A DNA stretch of 64,000 nucleotides, taken from Hemiscyllium ocellatum. Taxonomy: Eukaryota. The notes beneath the pieces were generated by a model. The model saw only the letters and a list, made by a program, of their open reading frames with translations, had not been told where the DNA came from and did no database searches. Of the stretch, positions 24,906-38,419 are shown piece after piece (within the stretch, counting starts at the first letter, position 1; each line of letters begins with the position of its first letter). A program made the translations under genes and the position numbers. The stretch is from positions 76,474,345 to 76,538,344 of the forward strand of contig NC_083405.1 in the NCBI RefSeq assembly GCF_020745735.1. The letters run 5' to 3'.

Positions 24906-25679
24906 ATAACTATATTATATGAATTGATTAATAGGGTCAATGGAATGAGAACTTATTTTTTACTTTACTAAAGCATTGCCACATATTCCATGGAGAAACT
25001 GACTTTAAAACAATTTGTATATTAGTAAACACAACTGGTAATAACTAAGGAAAATGACATTAAATAATAAAGGATACAAAATTTGCATGGGACAATTGAG
25101 AGCTAGGCTGAATAACAATTAGCAAGACCGAGGAAACACAGATCCTGAGAGAACCAGAAAATTTCTCAAGTCCATGTTTAACTGTCACTTGAAGCCTAAC
25201 ACGTACATAGTAATATCTTGGAATTAGTACCTCTTTTCTGGGCAATTTTAAGGTTGAAGTGTATTGACAGGTTGCTTGTTAGGATTAGTGCCTAACTTGG
25301 AAATATGTCTGTTGTAGGAGGTGAGTTAAACAATGATGTTAGCCTGTGTCTCAGTTTGGTGTGACATCTTACCCATGACAACACACTCGGCGGAGTTACT
25401 GAGACTTGACAGTTTGTACACTTTGATCCAGAACAATCATGAAATTCAAAACTAAATTCCTGCAAGAGGGTGTGATTCCTCCTGGTGAGAGATTGGAATA
25501 CCATCATATATCTGTGATTGGAATTAGTTGGCAGTGATGGCCTGATCACTTTTACTCATTAGTCCAATGCTACAAAAGTAAAAGAAGCGGTAGAAAACAT
25601 GTTTTAAAATTTGACAGAGTGCTAGACAAGAATTAATTACAAAAGTGTCCTAGTGAAGTAAAAAAAAATCATAGTCGAG

Positions 25680-25770
25680 ATTAGAGTGGTGCTGGAAAAG
25701 CACAGCAGGTCAGGCAGCATCCGAGGAGCAGGAAAATCGATGTTTCAGGCAAAAGCCCTTCATCAGGAAT
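25680..25770 (-). mobile_element. Penelope-derived terminal fragment with hammerhead-like core
   Basis: Reverse complement reads ctgatgaagggcttttgcctgaaaca; related to the copies at 52621 and 62715. Confidence 0.65.
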
Positions 25771-27894
25771 CATATGGCAGTCTATTGTTAGGACGGGCTA
25801 CCGTCCCCGTGTTCGTTTGGAGGAGAGAAACACTGGATCTGATTCAAAATATAAGCTGGTTTAATGAGAGAGAGCCGTACAAAATACAGTGAGATTTGCT
25901 GCTCACTGGAGAAAGCGCTTTCTGATCTATTGTTCTCTTTGTCTAGCTTTTTAGCCCCCTCGCATCCCAGTGCTACATCCTTATTTGGTAGGATGCAGTA
26001 TACTCTTATGGGATTGGTCCCAAAGCTGATAACATTCTGTTACCTCCGTATGAGCTACGTGCAATCTAACACGGTTTCAATGTCCTGTTATCTGTTCACC
26101 CTCCCTGGGGCCTCTTCAGGCTATGCCATCAGCTTTTCAGTCTGTTCTTAGTGTAACATAATGGCTTACTGTTGTCTAGTGAAGCTAACAAGTTCCAGAC
26201 TTGCTAATACTACCTTACGTGAGCACTACCTAACAATAAAGTTTCTTACACTGCCTAACCTTAATAATGGATCCCAACACTATAAAGGCAACTCAAGCCA
26301 GTGAGATCCTTGTACCACCATTTTTCAAGAAGGTCCACGACAATCTTCTACCATTCAGGGTTTTGATCCATCCGCTGTGGCTCTCCCCAGTAGCACGGGC
26401 CCCATTTAAAGACCCCTCTTGCCTGTTGAGAGAAGCAGCGTGTTAGAGGCCTGCAGCGATTTTGTTCTCAGCAGTGCCACTGTGGGGATGATGACTACCA
26501 CTTGCATCACATACTCCAACAATCTCCACTCGAGTTGTGGTGCAGGCACAGTTAAGTGATGGGGAAATAGGGCCACAGGCTTGAGGATATGTGGAAAGGG
26601 GGATGGAAGTGACATTCAGTAATCCCTTCCTGATGCCAACTCCCTCACTGAGTGCCTTGGAACAAGCAAACATTGGGAGCCTGCAAGCAAGGATGCCCTT
26701 GCTGACCAGCAACAGCTGGCTGAGTCCCTTAACTTGGTGACGGAGCAGTCACTAAGCCTTCCTATCAGAAATGCAACAGACGGAGGGTGTAGGTAGGAAG
26801 GTGTAGAATCCTACCATGCCACTTTCCTGTGTGATTAAATACCTACCTGACATTAAGCTCTCCCCAGACAGAAACAAAACTTCTGCCCAGAGACACATGA
26901 GGACAGACTGCAATTATGCTGAAAATAAGGCTTTTGATCTCATTTTAATGCCTGATATGAAGCCAGCATGGATTGGAAACCAAGAACAAACAAAAGGGAC
27001 AAATATGTGCTCTCAGCCTATTTATAATAAATCTACTGAACTTGTTTAACTCTGAAACAAAGTATTACCAAAGCAAAGGAACAGAAATAGTTCAGGTCAA
27101 GAGATTAATTCACGTTTAAATTCATTAAAAAACAGACTTTGAACAGATGAAATAATGCACTGGAGGAGGAGCCACTATAAATATCCCAAAAGTGTGCTGG
27201 GCAAGCCCAGCAAATCTGTGCAAAAGATAAGGCTGAAGCATTGGCAACAATCTTCAGCCAAATGGGCCTGAGTGGATAATCTATCTTGGCCTCTTCTAAA
27301 GGTCCCGGCATCACAGACAGTAGTCCTCAACCAATTCGATTCACTGCATCTGATATCAAGAAACAGTGTAGGCAGTGTATCTGCAAATGCTCTGGGCCCT
27401 GACAACATTCCAGCAGTAGTAGAGGACTTGTGCTCCTCTAACCAAGCTGTTCCAGTACAGTGGGAAACAGGGAGCAGGAATAAATTTGAGGACAAAGTAA
27501 TTATTTGCCTTAGCAATTACTTTCTCTTATGCTACTTTCTTCTCAATATCATTATTTCCTTTTACATTTGAAAGTGCACGTAATGTCAACGTTTGATGCC
27601 AACAATGACTTAGACTTCTGCAAAATGTTTTAGTATGCTTAAAAATGTTGCATAAATGTGAGTGGGAAAACATGAAGATAATAAAGGTGATCAAATACTT
27701 TCGATGTTAGTTTAGACGAGGATTTTGAAAGAGGATAAGGGGATGTTTTAAGATGAAAATTCAAAAGAATGGGACCTAGGCAGTTAAAATGAAAACCATC
27801 AAAAAGCACAAAAAAGGGAGAGTTGACAGAGAGGGGAGGCATTACTTAAGAGAAAGGGATCAAAGGATTGGGGATTTGCACTTTTAAGCTAACA

Positions 27895-30081
27895 GATGTT
27901 ACAGGTCTCAGGGAACTGACAAAAATAGACTGGAAGCAGAGGCTAACTAGGTAGACAGTAGAGCAAAAATGGCAGGAGTTTGTAGGTATAATTGAGGACT
28001 CTGTACAGAGGTTCATTCCCAAGAAAAGAAAGATTATCCGGGGAGGGATTAGACAACCATGGCTGACAAAGGAAGTCAGGAAATGTATTAAAGAAAAAGA
28101 GAGATCCTATAAAGTGGCTAAGAACAGTGGGAAATCAGAAGATTGGGAAGGATACAAAAGCAAACAGAGGATAACAAAGAGTGTAATAAGAAATGAGAGG
28201 ATCAAATATGAAGGTAGGCTAGCCAGTAATATTAGAAATGACAGTAAAAGTTTCTTTCAGTACATAAGAAACAAACGACAGGCAAAAGTAGACATTGGGC
28301 CACTTCAAACTGATGCAGGAAGCCTAGTGATGGGAGATAAGGAAATAGCAGGAGAACTTAACAAGTACTTTGTGTCAGTTTTCGCAGTGGAAGATATGAG
28401 TAATATCCCAAAAATTAAAGGGAGTCACGGGGCTGAGTTGAGTATGGTTGCCATTATGAAAGAGATAGTGCTAGAAAAGTTAAAAAGTCTTAAAATTGAT
28501 AAATCTCCTGGCCCCGATGGGATACACCCTAGAGTTCTGAGAGAGATGGCTGAGGAAATAGCAGAGGCATTGGTTGAGATCTTTCAAGAGTCACTGGAGT
28601 CAGGAAAGGTCCCGGATGATTGGAAGGTGGCTGTTGTAACCCCCTTGTTCAAGAAAGGATCAAGGCAAAAGATGGAAAATTATAGGCCAATCAGCTTAAC
28701 CTCAGTTGTTGGTAAAATTCTAGAATCCATCATTAAGGATGAGGTTTCTAAATTCTTGGAAGAGCAGAATCTGATTAGAACAAGTCAACATGGATTTAGT
28801 AAGGGGAGGTCATGCCTGACAAACCTGTTGGAATTTTTTGAAGAGGTCACAAGTAGGTTACACCAGGGAAACCCAGTGGATGTAGTCTATCTAGACTTTC
28901 AAAAGGCATTTGATAAGGTGCCACACGGGAGGCTGCTGAGCAAGGTGAGGCCCCATGGTGTTTGAGGTGAGCTGCTGGGATGGATTGAGGATTGGCTGTC
29001 TAACAGAAGCAGAGAGTTAGGATAAAAGGTTCTTTTTCAGAATGGCAGCCAGTGACGAGCGGTGTCCCGCAGGGTTCGGTGTTGGGGCCACAGCTATTCG
29101 CATTATATATTAATGATTTGGATGAGGGGACTGGGGGCATTCTAGCGAAGTTTGCCGATGATACGAAGTTAGGTGGACAGGCAGGTAGTACTGAGGAAGT
29201 GGGGAGGCTACAGAAGGATCTAGACAGGTTGGGAGAGTGGTCCAGGAAATGGCTGATGGAATTTAACGTGAGCAAGTGCGAGGTCTTGCACTTTGGCAAA
29301 AAGAATAAAAGCATAGACTACTTTCTAAATGTGAGAAAATTAGTAAAGCCAAAGCACAAAGGGATCTGGGAGTGCTAGTCGAGGATTCTCTAAAGGTAAA
29401 CATGCAGGTTGAGTCCGTGATTAAGAAAGCGAATGCAATGTTGTCTCTTATCTCAAGAGGGTTGGAATATAAAAGCAGAGATGTGCTACTGAGACTTTAT
29501 AAAGCTCTGGTTAGGCCCCATTTGGAGTACTGTGTCCAGTTTTGGTCCCCACACCTAAGGAAGGACATACTGGCACTGGAACGTGTCCAGCGGAGATTCA
29601 CACGGATGATCCCTGGAATGGCAGGTCTAACATATGAGGAACGGCTGAGGATACTGGGATTGTATTCGTTGGAGTTTAGAAGATTGAGGGGAGACTTAAT
29701 AGAGACGTACAAGATAATACATGGCTTGGAAAAGGTGGACGCTAGGAAATTGTTTCCGTTAGGCGAGGAGACTAGTGGACCTGTGGACACAGCCTTAGAA
29801 TTAGAGGGGGTCAATTCAGAACAGAAATGCGGAGACATTTCTTCAGCCAGAGAGTGGTGGGCCTGTGGAATTCATTGCCACAGAGTGCAGTGGAGGCCGG
29901 GACGCTAAATGTCTTCAAGGCCGAGATTGATAGATTCTTGTTGTCTCGAGGAATTAAGGGCTACGGGGAGAACGCTGGTAAGTGGAGTTGAAATGTCCAT
30001 CAGCCATGATTGAATGGCGGAGTGGACTCGATGGGCCGAATGGCCTTACTTCCACTCCTATGTCTTATGGTCTTATGGTCT
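27895..30081 (+). mobile_element. Young 5'-truncated CR1 LINE, RT region with a few stops and frameshifts
   Basis: KSPGPDGIHPRVL, NYRPISLTSV, YLDFQKAFDKVPH, GVPQGSVLGP and KFADD motifs; tail (tcttatgg)n. Confidence 0.95.
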
Positions 30082-30147
30082 AAAAATCAACTGCGGGAGA
30101 GCCAAGCTCAATAGGGTGAGAATGGACCTGTGCCAAATAGATTGCTA

Positions 30148-30478
30148 GGCGGCATGGTGGCTCAATGGCAAGCACTGCTGCCTCACAGCACCAGGACCCC
30201 TAGTTGATTCCCCCCTCAGGTGACTGTATGGAGTTTGCACATTCTCCCTGTGTCTGCATAGATTTCCTCCGGCTGCTCCAATTTCCTCTCACAATCCAAA
30301 GAAATGTAGGTGAGGTGAATTGGCCAAGCTAACTTGCCCACAGTGTTAGGTGCATTAGTCAGGGATACATATAGATTAGGGGAATGGGTCTGGGTAGGTT
30401 ACTCTTCAGAGGGTCAGTGTGGACATGTTGGGCTAAATGGCCTAGTTTCCACACTGTAGGTAATCTAATCTAATCTAA
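30148..30478 (+). mobile_element. V-SINE (HE1-like)
   Basis: tRNA head, V core and (TCTAA)n tail. Confidence 0.88.
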
Positions 30479-31327
30479 TTGAAGTAGCAGGGACCAGCTC
30501 TAATGACTGGAGGGCTATGGGGATGCTTGTTGGTGCCTCAAATCGTGTTACATTTCCTTTTTATGCTTTTGTGTTTATATTGTTGACTTGGATAAATTTA
30601 CCAAATGCATAAGTTGCTAAATTTGTTGCTATAATGAAAACCATCAAAAAGCACAAAAACGGGAGGTGAGAAACATAGAAAACAACAGCAAGAACACATT
30701 ATTCTCCCCCAACTCCTCAAACCAGCTCTGCCATTAAACTAGATCATGGATGATCATCTCCTTAATGTCATTTTCCTGTACTCAGACTCTAAGAGAGAAA
30801 TCATGTGCCCTAGTCCCTTATTGCCTACAAAACTCCAACTATAGTATTTAACCAAGTCCTTCAGGATTGTCATTCAAGACCCAGTTTATTTTGTTATTAT
30901 AATGGCAAAGTTTAATAAAACAAAATGGTTTGGAGTTAAGGATAGAAACTGAACAGACACTGAAAGTAAAATCTCACTTGAAGGAAACAAAATGTCTCTG
31001 ATTTGTGTAGACTTACCGTTTTGTGTGATTGATCACTGGATCCTGAATGGCTCTGATTAATAAATCTTATTGGAAGACTATGCAGTGAGTACTAATGACT
31101 TGGATTAAAGGCTGTTTCCAAACTCTAAAGTATGATATTGTTTATGAAAGTGACAGCAAATTAATGTGGTCACTTAATACTTTGAGAGTCATAATATATA
31201 TTTATTTTAAGTTTTGCAACATCAGTGTGTTTCCTCCAAAATTTGCCAAGCTTTTAAAATTGAAGCTTCACATCCTCCCATTTTACTTTCCAGCTTTAGT
31301 ACTGACTCCCATAACCGGCCAACAACC

Positions 31328-31965
31328 TTAGAACATAGAACATTACAGCGCACTACCGGCCTTCTGGCCCTCAATGTTGCACCACCGTGTGAAACCAATC
31401 TGAAGCCCATCTAACCAACACTATTCCATTCTCGTCATATGTCTATCCAATGACCATTTAAATGCCCGTAGAGTTGGCGAGTCTATAACTGTTGCAGGCA
31501 GACCATGCCACACCCCTACTACTCTCTGAATAAAGAAACTACCTCTGACATCTGACCTATATATGTCACCCATCAATTTAAGCGATGCCCCCTCGTGCTA
31601 GCCATCACCATCTGAAGAAAAAAGTTCTCACTGTTCACCTGATCTCACCCTCTGATTATCTTATATGTCTGAATTAAGTCACCTCTGAACCTTCTTCTCG
31701 ATAAAGTCCCTCAGCCTTTCCTCATAAGACCTTCCCTCCCTACCAGGCAACATCTTAGTAAATCTCCTGTGAACCCTTTCCAAAGCTTCCACATCCTTCC
31801 TTTAATGTGGTGACCAGAACTGCATGCAATTCCCCCAAGTATGACTGCACCAGAGTTGAGAACACCTGCAGCGTGACCTCATGGTTCCGAAGCCCCATCC
31901 CCCTACTAATAAAAGCTAACATACCAGATGCCTTCTTAACAACCCTATCAACCTGGGTGGCAACC
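31328..31965 (-). mobile_element. Decayed CR1 3' fragment
   Basis: tagaacatagaa tail; reverse similarity to the CR1 ORF2 end. Confidence 0.75.
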
Positions 31966-32224
31966 TTGAGCTGAACTCAGAGGCATTGCATTTAGAACAT
32001 TGAAGCTAAGACTTTTGGCAAAAAAATTGACGAAATGCTGCTTGTAATTTATAATTATCATATAGAACATCAACAAATGCATTTTATATTTTGCAACAGT
32101 TCTCATGATTTAATGTTAAACCCAAGTAAATAATACGTATTACTCATTAACTGAATAACCATTAGGAAACTATTAAAATACTGCAGCAAAGCAAGTCGTA
32201 GACTGTGTTTAGTAGTCAGCACCA

Positions 32225-32425
32225 GTAGCTGTTCCGCACGGTATCCCGACAGTCCACATGGTATTCTCGTTTAAAGACTATAGTCCGATTGTGTATAGTG
32301 ACTAATGAGTTTTTGCAGATCATTTCCGACCCTGCCTTTTTCGCAGAATACTGTACACATTTGACGTGACTTATCGAAGTCTCGTACTTCCGTGTAACGT
32401 TGCAGTAAAACCTCCACGTTCAGGT
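32225..32425 (+). promoter_or_regulatory. CpG-enriched upstream region of biotinidase copy B
   Basis: Many CpGs against a CpG-poor background; TGACGTGA (CRE/ATF-like) near 32362; ACTTCCG (ETS-like) near 32386; no TATA box and no intact ERE. Confidence 0.55.
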
Positions 32426-32638
32426 ATGGAGGTATTTGCCTTGAGGAGCTTGCTGTTGGGGTGGCAGTGTTTGCTCTTGCCGGTGTGGGGCCTGGATGGT
32501 TACACCGCAGCGGTCTATGAACATGCAGCAGTGTTGAATCCACGCTGGAAAATCCCTTCCACACGTCAGGGGGCGCTGAGACACATGAAGAAAAACCTGG
32601 ATATCTATCGGGAACAAGTCTTTGCAGCAAGTAAACAG
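32426..32638 (+). CDS. BTD: Biotinidase copy B (canonical), coding exon 1
   Basis: 213 nt; MEVFALRSLLLGWQCLLLPVWGLDGYTAAVYEH...MKKNLDIYREQV; gtaaat donor. Confidence 0.93.
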
Positions 32639-35600
32639 GTAAATGAAGTTTGATCCCTTCGCCCCAAACACTAAAGCATTTTCTGGCCTTTGAAGTCGTG
32701 GCTTCATCATATTCCGATAATAATAGGGGGTCAGTGAAACAAATGCAGACGGTTATAGCAAAATATTCTGAGAAGAATAACAACATTTGAGCCAAACTTT
32801 CACATTGTAAAATATTTAATGTAACTTGGCGTTCCATATTAGGATTGCCTCTGGACTATTAATGGGACAGCGTTCAAGGGAAAAAAAAGTTTATTGCTCC
32901 ATGCAAAATATCAGCAAGATGCCAGGAGAACAACTTTGGTCTCCTCTGGTGTCTTCACTCGGGGCCTGGAATTAGCGTCTCACTCTGTATTCAACAGTGC
33001 ACGACATTTATTTGTATGATCACAGAATACTGTAATACAGCGACAAAAATGCATTTAGTTCATTACATCCTTTGAAGGATTGATTCTAATTCGCCTAACT
33101 CCCTTGCTCTTCCTCCATTATATTTATTGTAATTTTCACCTTGAATTAATTAATTGATAGTATTTTGAAGGTGGTTATTTGTTTGCTCCCTTTCAGATTG
33201 TGCTTTGATCTGAAACGTAATGTAACTTGTTTTGTGGTAAATGGCTTGTCTTTTGCCAATCATTCTAAATGTGTGTCATCTAGTTACAGACCTCCTACTG
33301 GAAATAGGAACAAAAACTGAAATTGCTGGAAAGCTCAGCAGGTCTGTCAGCATCTGTGGAGAGAAATCAAAGGGTCGCTGGCATTAACTCTGCTTTCTCT
33401 CCACGAATGTTGCCAGACCTGCTGACATTTTCCAGCAAATTCTCTGTTTTGTTTCTGATTTCCAGCATCCACAATTCTTCAGTTTTTTTTGGACCGGTGG
33501 AATTCTTTTTAACTTTTCACTGTATAAAACCTTGTGAAGATTTTGAACATCTCACTCTGAACTTCACTGCCCCAAGGAGATAACTCCAGCCTCATTAGTC
33601 TCTCCATACAACTACAGTCTTCAGGCCAGGACCTGCCCCTCACTTGCTGGGCACTGCTGCTACTGGATGCTTCATTCTTCATCCTTCCCTCGGCGACTCT
33701 CCTGGTTTTAATGAAAGAAGAGAAAGTGCAATAGTAAAAAGAAGGAAAGAACAAAGAAGACACCATCTGCAGTCCTCACTTTCGCTGAGTTGATTTTAAT
33801 CTCAAAGAGGAAAGAAAGCAGACAGCAATGGACAAGCCCTAGGCTCAGCCCTGCTACTCTGCAGCCATCTATGTTCCTGCTCTCCTCAGACCCCATTAAT
33901 CCCTTAGCTGTTATAAACCTATTATTTTTCTTAAATATATTCAATGACTGGATGTCCACAGACTTCTGTGATCGAGAATTCCCCAGGGTGACCATGCTCT
34001 GAGTGAAGAAATGTCTAAGCAAATTACTGAAGATGCTAGAATCTGACCTGTTGGCTATGCTAAATTGCCCATAGTGTTAGGTGCATTGGTCAGACGGAAA
34101 TGGGTCTGGGTGGGTTACTTTTCAGAAGGTCAGTGTGGACCTGTTGGACTAAATGACCTGCTTCCACACCGTAGGGGAATCCAATCTGAAAACAAAAAAA
34201 TGCTGGAGAACATTGGAGAGTCCAGGTGAGTGTTTATCAAAGCTGATGTGAAGTGTGGAGGGAACGACATTTTGCAATGGTGGAGGAAGGGGTGGAGTTC
34301 CGGGGGAGAAATGGTGTTGACAGTGCAGATTAAATGTTTGGAATGTGAGAATGGCAGAACAATACTGTCAACGTGGAAAGAAAATACACTGTTACTAGAG
34401 TTGGTGGAGGTGAGAGAGGACATTGATGATGGAGAATGTAACAAGTTAAGCTAAAATAAAGGGAGAGTTGTGAACCCATCCCATTTCTTCCCTTTCTTTT
34501 AACTGTACTTATCTATCCCCCAAGTATAGACTCACCAAGAACTGCAGTAAACCATCCATACTCCTGTACTCCAACCCTCTCGCAATGAAGGCCAATATAC
34601 TATTTCTTCCAAACTGCTTGCTGCATCTTAATGCATGCTTTCAATGATCAGTGTACAAAGACACCCAGCTCCTTTGTATAATGACATTCCAACATCAGTC
34701 AATCTCCCTTTCCTCTGAAGTGGATAACATTTCACATTTTTAATTGTTGCGCTGAATCTGCCGTGCATTTGCCCACTCTCTCTGAAGTCTCTAGAGGTCT
34801 TCCTCAACACTTACACTCCCACCTAGGTTTGAGTCATCGATAACTTGAAAACATTGCACTTGATTGCCTCATCTAAACCATTAATAAATATTGTGAATAA
34901 CTAGGACCCAATGCCTGCAGTAACCCAGTTGTCATTTCCTTCCGCTTTGAAAATGACCCATTTATTCCTATGTCTGGTTCCTACCTGCTATCCAGTTCTC
35001 AATCCATTTCAGTATACTATCACCAATCCAATGTGCATTGATTTTGCACTGTCGCCTGTTGGGCCGGAAGTTATCAAGCTTTCTGAAAATGAATATGGTA
35101 ATAGTTTATTTGGCATGGACATAGGTCTTGCAATTTCTGGATAACCTCAGCACCATCCTACCAATTTTATTTGTTCATGGGATGCGGACATCACTGGCAT
35201 AGTCAGCATTAATTGCCCATTGCTAATAGCTCTGGAGAAGGTGGTGGTGAGGTACCTTTTTTGAACTTGTGAAGTCCTTGGAGTTTAGGGGCACCTACTG
35301 TAAGGGAGTTCCAGGATTTTGACCTAATGATAGTGAAGGAATATTTTCAAATCAGGATGGTGTGTGGCATAAAAGAAAACTTTCAGGTGGTATTAATACC
35401 AAGCCGAAGGTCCTTCTAGGTGATAGATATTTCCTAGATTTGGTTTGTGCTATTGGAGGAGCCTTGGTGACTTACTGCAGTGCATCATGGAGATGTTACA
35501 CCCTGCTTCACTATATGCTGGGCTGGAGGAAGTGAATGGCATCATATCCACAAGCAATTGAGCAGACACTCCCCCTGGGTGGTGTTAAGCTACATGACTA

Positions 35601-35881
35601 TCAATGGGGCTGCAGCCATCCAGGCAACTGGGGAGTCTTCCATCACACACCTGACCCGTGCCCTGTAGAAGGTGGACAGGTTCAAGGGAATGAGGAGGTG
35701 AGTTAGGTTCCTAGCCTCTGAATCTCTAGCTCTTAAAAATGATGTATTTGCATGGCTGGTCCAGTTATATTTCTGGTTTATGTTAACTTGCAGGAGATGG
35801 ATGCTTAAGAAATTTGTATTTTAGAGTGTTCTTTATAATTGCAATTTTGCTAATGCATCAAATTATTATTATTATTTATAG

Positions 35882-36031
35882 GGAGCCAAGATAATTGTAT
35901 TTCCAGAGGATGGTCTCCAAGGCTTTCATTTCAACAGGACTTCCATTTTTCCCTATTTGGAACCTATTCCAGATCCTAATGTTGTTCACTGGAATCCCTG
36001 CCTGCATCCAACTGTATATAATGGTACAGAG
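35882..36031 (+). CDS. BTD: Biotinidase copy B, coding exon 2 (not in the ORF track)
   Basis: 150 nt, ttatag/gtagga; GAKIIVFPEDGLQGFHFNRTSIFPYLEPIPDPNVVHWNPCLHPTVYNGTE; catalytic Glu at 35906-35908. Confidence 0.95.
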
Positions 36032-36177
36032 GTAGGAGCTGGACAAAGATCAACTTGTTACATCTTATGAATTCTTACACCTGTACACAACTCTCATTAC
36101 ATATAAATAGACAACACTGATGCTATTTTATCAAGGAAACTTTGCAAATGGTTGGCATGTATTATTTGAAATACTAA

Positions 36178-36338
36178 GATTTAAGGTGCCGGTGTTGGAG
36201 TGGGGTGGATGAAGTTAAAAACCAAATTATAGTCCAACAGGTTTATTTGAAAGTATAAGCTTTTGGAGTGCTGTTTCTTTGTCAGGTGCTTCCAAATAAA
36301 CCTGTTGGACTATAACCTGGTGTTGTGTGGTTTTTAAC
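36178..36338. mobile_element. Short palindromic Penelope-derived element in copy B intron 2
   Basis: 13-bp flanking direct repeat tttgaaatactaa at 36165-36177 and 36339-36351. Confidence 0.7.
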
Positions 36339-38419
36339 TTTGAAATACTAAATTCACTTTATAAATTTCTATAAATTTTACAGGACAGTCTCTATAGAAA
36401 TTCCTTGTATCTCAGGAGTTGGGTTGGAGTCTATGACCTTTTGAGAGGGCCTACACATGCAGAAGGATGATTTACCAGATTTTGTTGAAGAAAAAGGCCA
36501 AGATATGCAATTATTGCACTGCTTCCAGTTTTAATGTGGTTTAGTTTAGTTCCTATCCCCCGTGACTCACAAGTTCATCCAGCTACTTCATATTGATATG
36601 GAACTTCGTATTGTACAGTTTCACTAATGTTGGTTCTATAGCAACAGAGAGATTAGGAGCTGCAGTAAGCCATTCACCCCACTCAGCTCACTCTGCCATT
36701 CAAAATGATCGTAAACAGTGTGTTCAGCTCTCTCCTACCCTGTAATGATTAACATTTGGAATTTTACAATGGTATTGATTTCGATGGGGTCACATTGCTA
36801 AATCATGCTACAGGCATGTGAGCTTTCTTGCTAGGAATGTGCATTGGGCATTAAGGTGCAAACCCTTCCATGATGGATAGAAACATTACAGAAGTTCCAA
36901 TATACACTTGCAGCAAGAAATATGGTCCAATGATTTAATTATTAATAGAAGAACAATATGCTAAGGGCATTAGCATAGGTAAAAGCCTTTCAAACAAATG
37001 AATGAATATTCACCTTCAAAAAAATTAACATTCCTACTCTCTTTCCATGAGGTCTGACTAGAGTGCAATTCTCTTTTTTTTAAATTTTAGATTGCTAACT
37101 TGTACCAATTTTACAAAAATAATTTCTCAAGTTTTGGATTTTGTCTCTCCTATTCAATTTGTTGTCAAGTTATTTTTTGAAAGTGGCATTAACTTGGTTT
37201 GACGGGGGTTGGGTCTCATGGGTTCCATGCACTGTCACAGAAATGAAGTGGGAATGCAGTGAAGGATGAGAATTTTATTGCACAACTTCATACATCCCAG
37301 CCCAATTCCAAGACAGGAAGAATGAGGCAGTGCTATATTTAAAAAGCATCCTTTTAAAAGTGGTTTTAGTAGTCCATAATTCTGCTTTGACCAGCAACAC
37401 ATTTGCAGCTGTGATCTCCAGCATCTGCAGACCTCATTTTTTACTCATAATTCGTAGAGATGCACTTTAATGTTTAGCCATCCTAAAAATGTTCATTTAG
37501 ACACAGTATAAATCAGACGTCCAGTTTTAACCCTGCAATTTCTACTGTCATGATCACATTTTTTCACTACAATAATTGCAATTTAGCTCATACATCAAAT
37601 TATTATTTATGTTTTGCGCTTGATTCAGCAGTTTTTGTTTTAACTGTTTCGTGTTAATATGTAGCAAGTCCCGCAACAGAGGACTTCATCAATTCTCAGT
37701 AACAAGTCTGGGACTTCGAGATCCAAATAAAATTGCGTTCCTTTCTTGAATTAATAATGAATAATATTACACTTTTTATTAAATATAAGAAGAATTAGTA
37801 AATTTCATATAGTTAAAAATAAGAGGCAAGTCCAAAAAGAAGGATTCAAAAAGCACAGAGACAGATCAGTCTCTGAATTATTCACGAAGAAGGGATGGTT
37901 GAATGTTGCAGCCCTTGCACTGGTGGTTATTGTCAAAAAGTATGATGCTAGAAAAGCACAGCCGGTCAGGCAGCATCTGAGGAGCAGGAGAGTCAACGTT
38001 TTGAGCAGAAGTTCTTCATCAGGAATGTCCTGATGGGGGTGTGGAGGTTATTGGTAATGTTAATGCTGGTGAGCAGTGGTCTTCATGATCTTTTAGTTTT
38101 GCAGATTCTCTCTTTAGTTGAGATTTTCTAATTCTGAAGCCTTTTGACCATAATTGAATTTCAGCATTCAGGGTGAGACAGAGTCCTTTGTTCTCCTGTT
38201 TCCTTTTGTCAAACTGGGTCACAGCACTCTGGTGAGAAAGGGTCTTTACCTGTAACACTAGGACAGCTACAGGATACTGTCCTGACTATGACTTCACAGT
38301 CTACTTCCGATCAAACCCAGGTGAGTGCAAAGAACAGTGTTCGGTCCCACTAATTCAAATAAAGGAAAATGCTAGTAATTAAGTGCCACCAATTCAGAAA
38401 TGCCTGTTTCTTTTCATTT

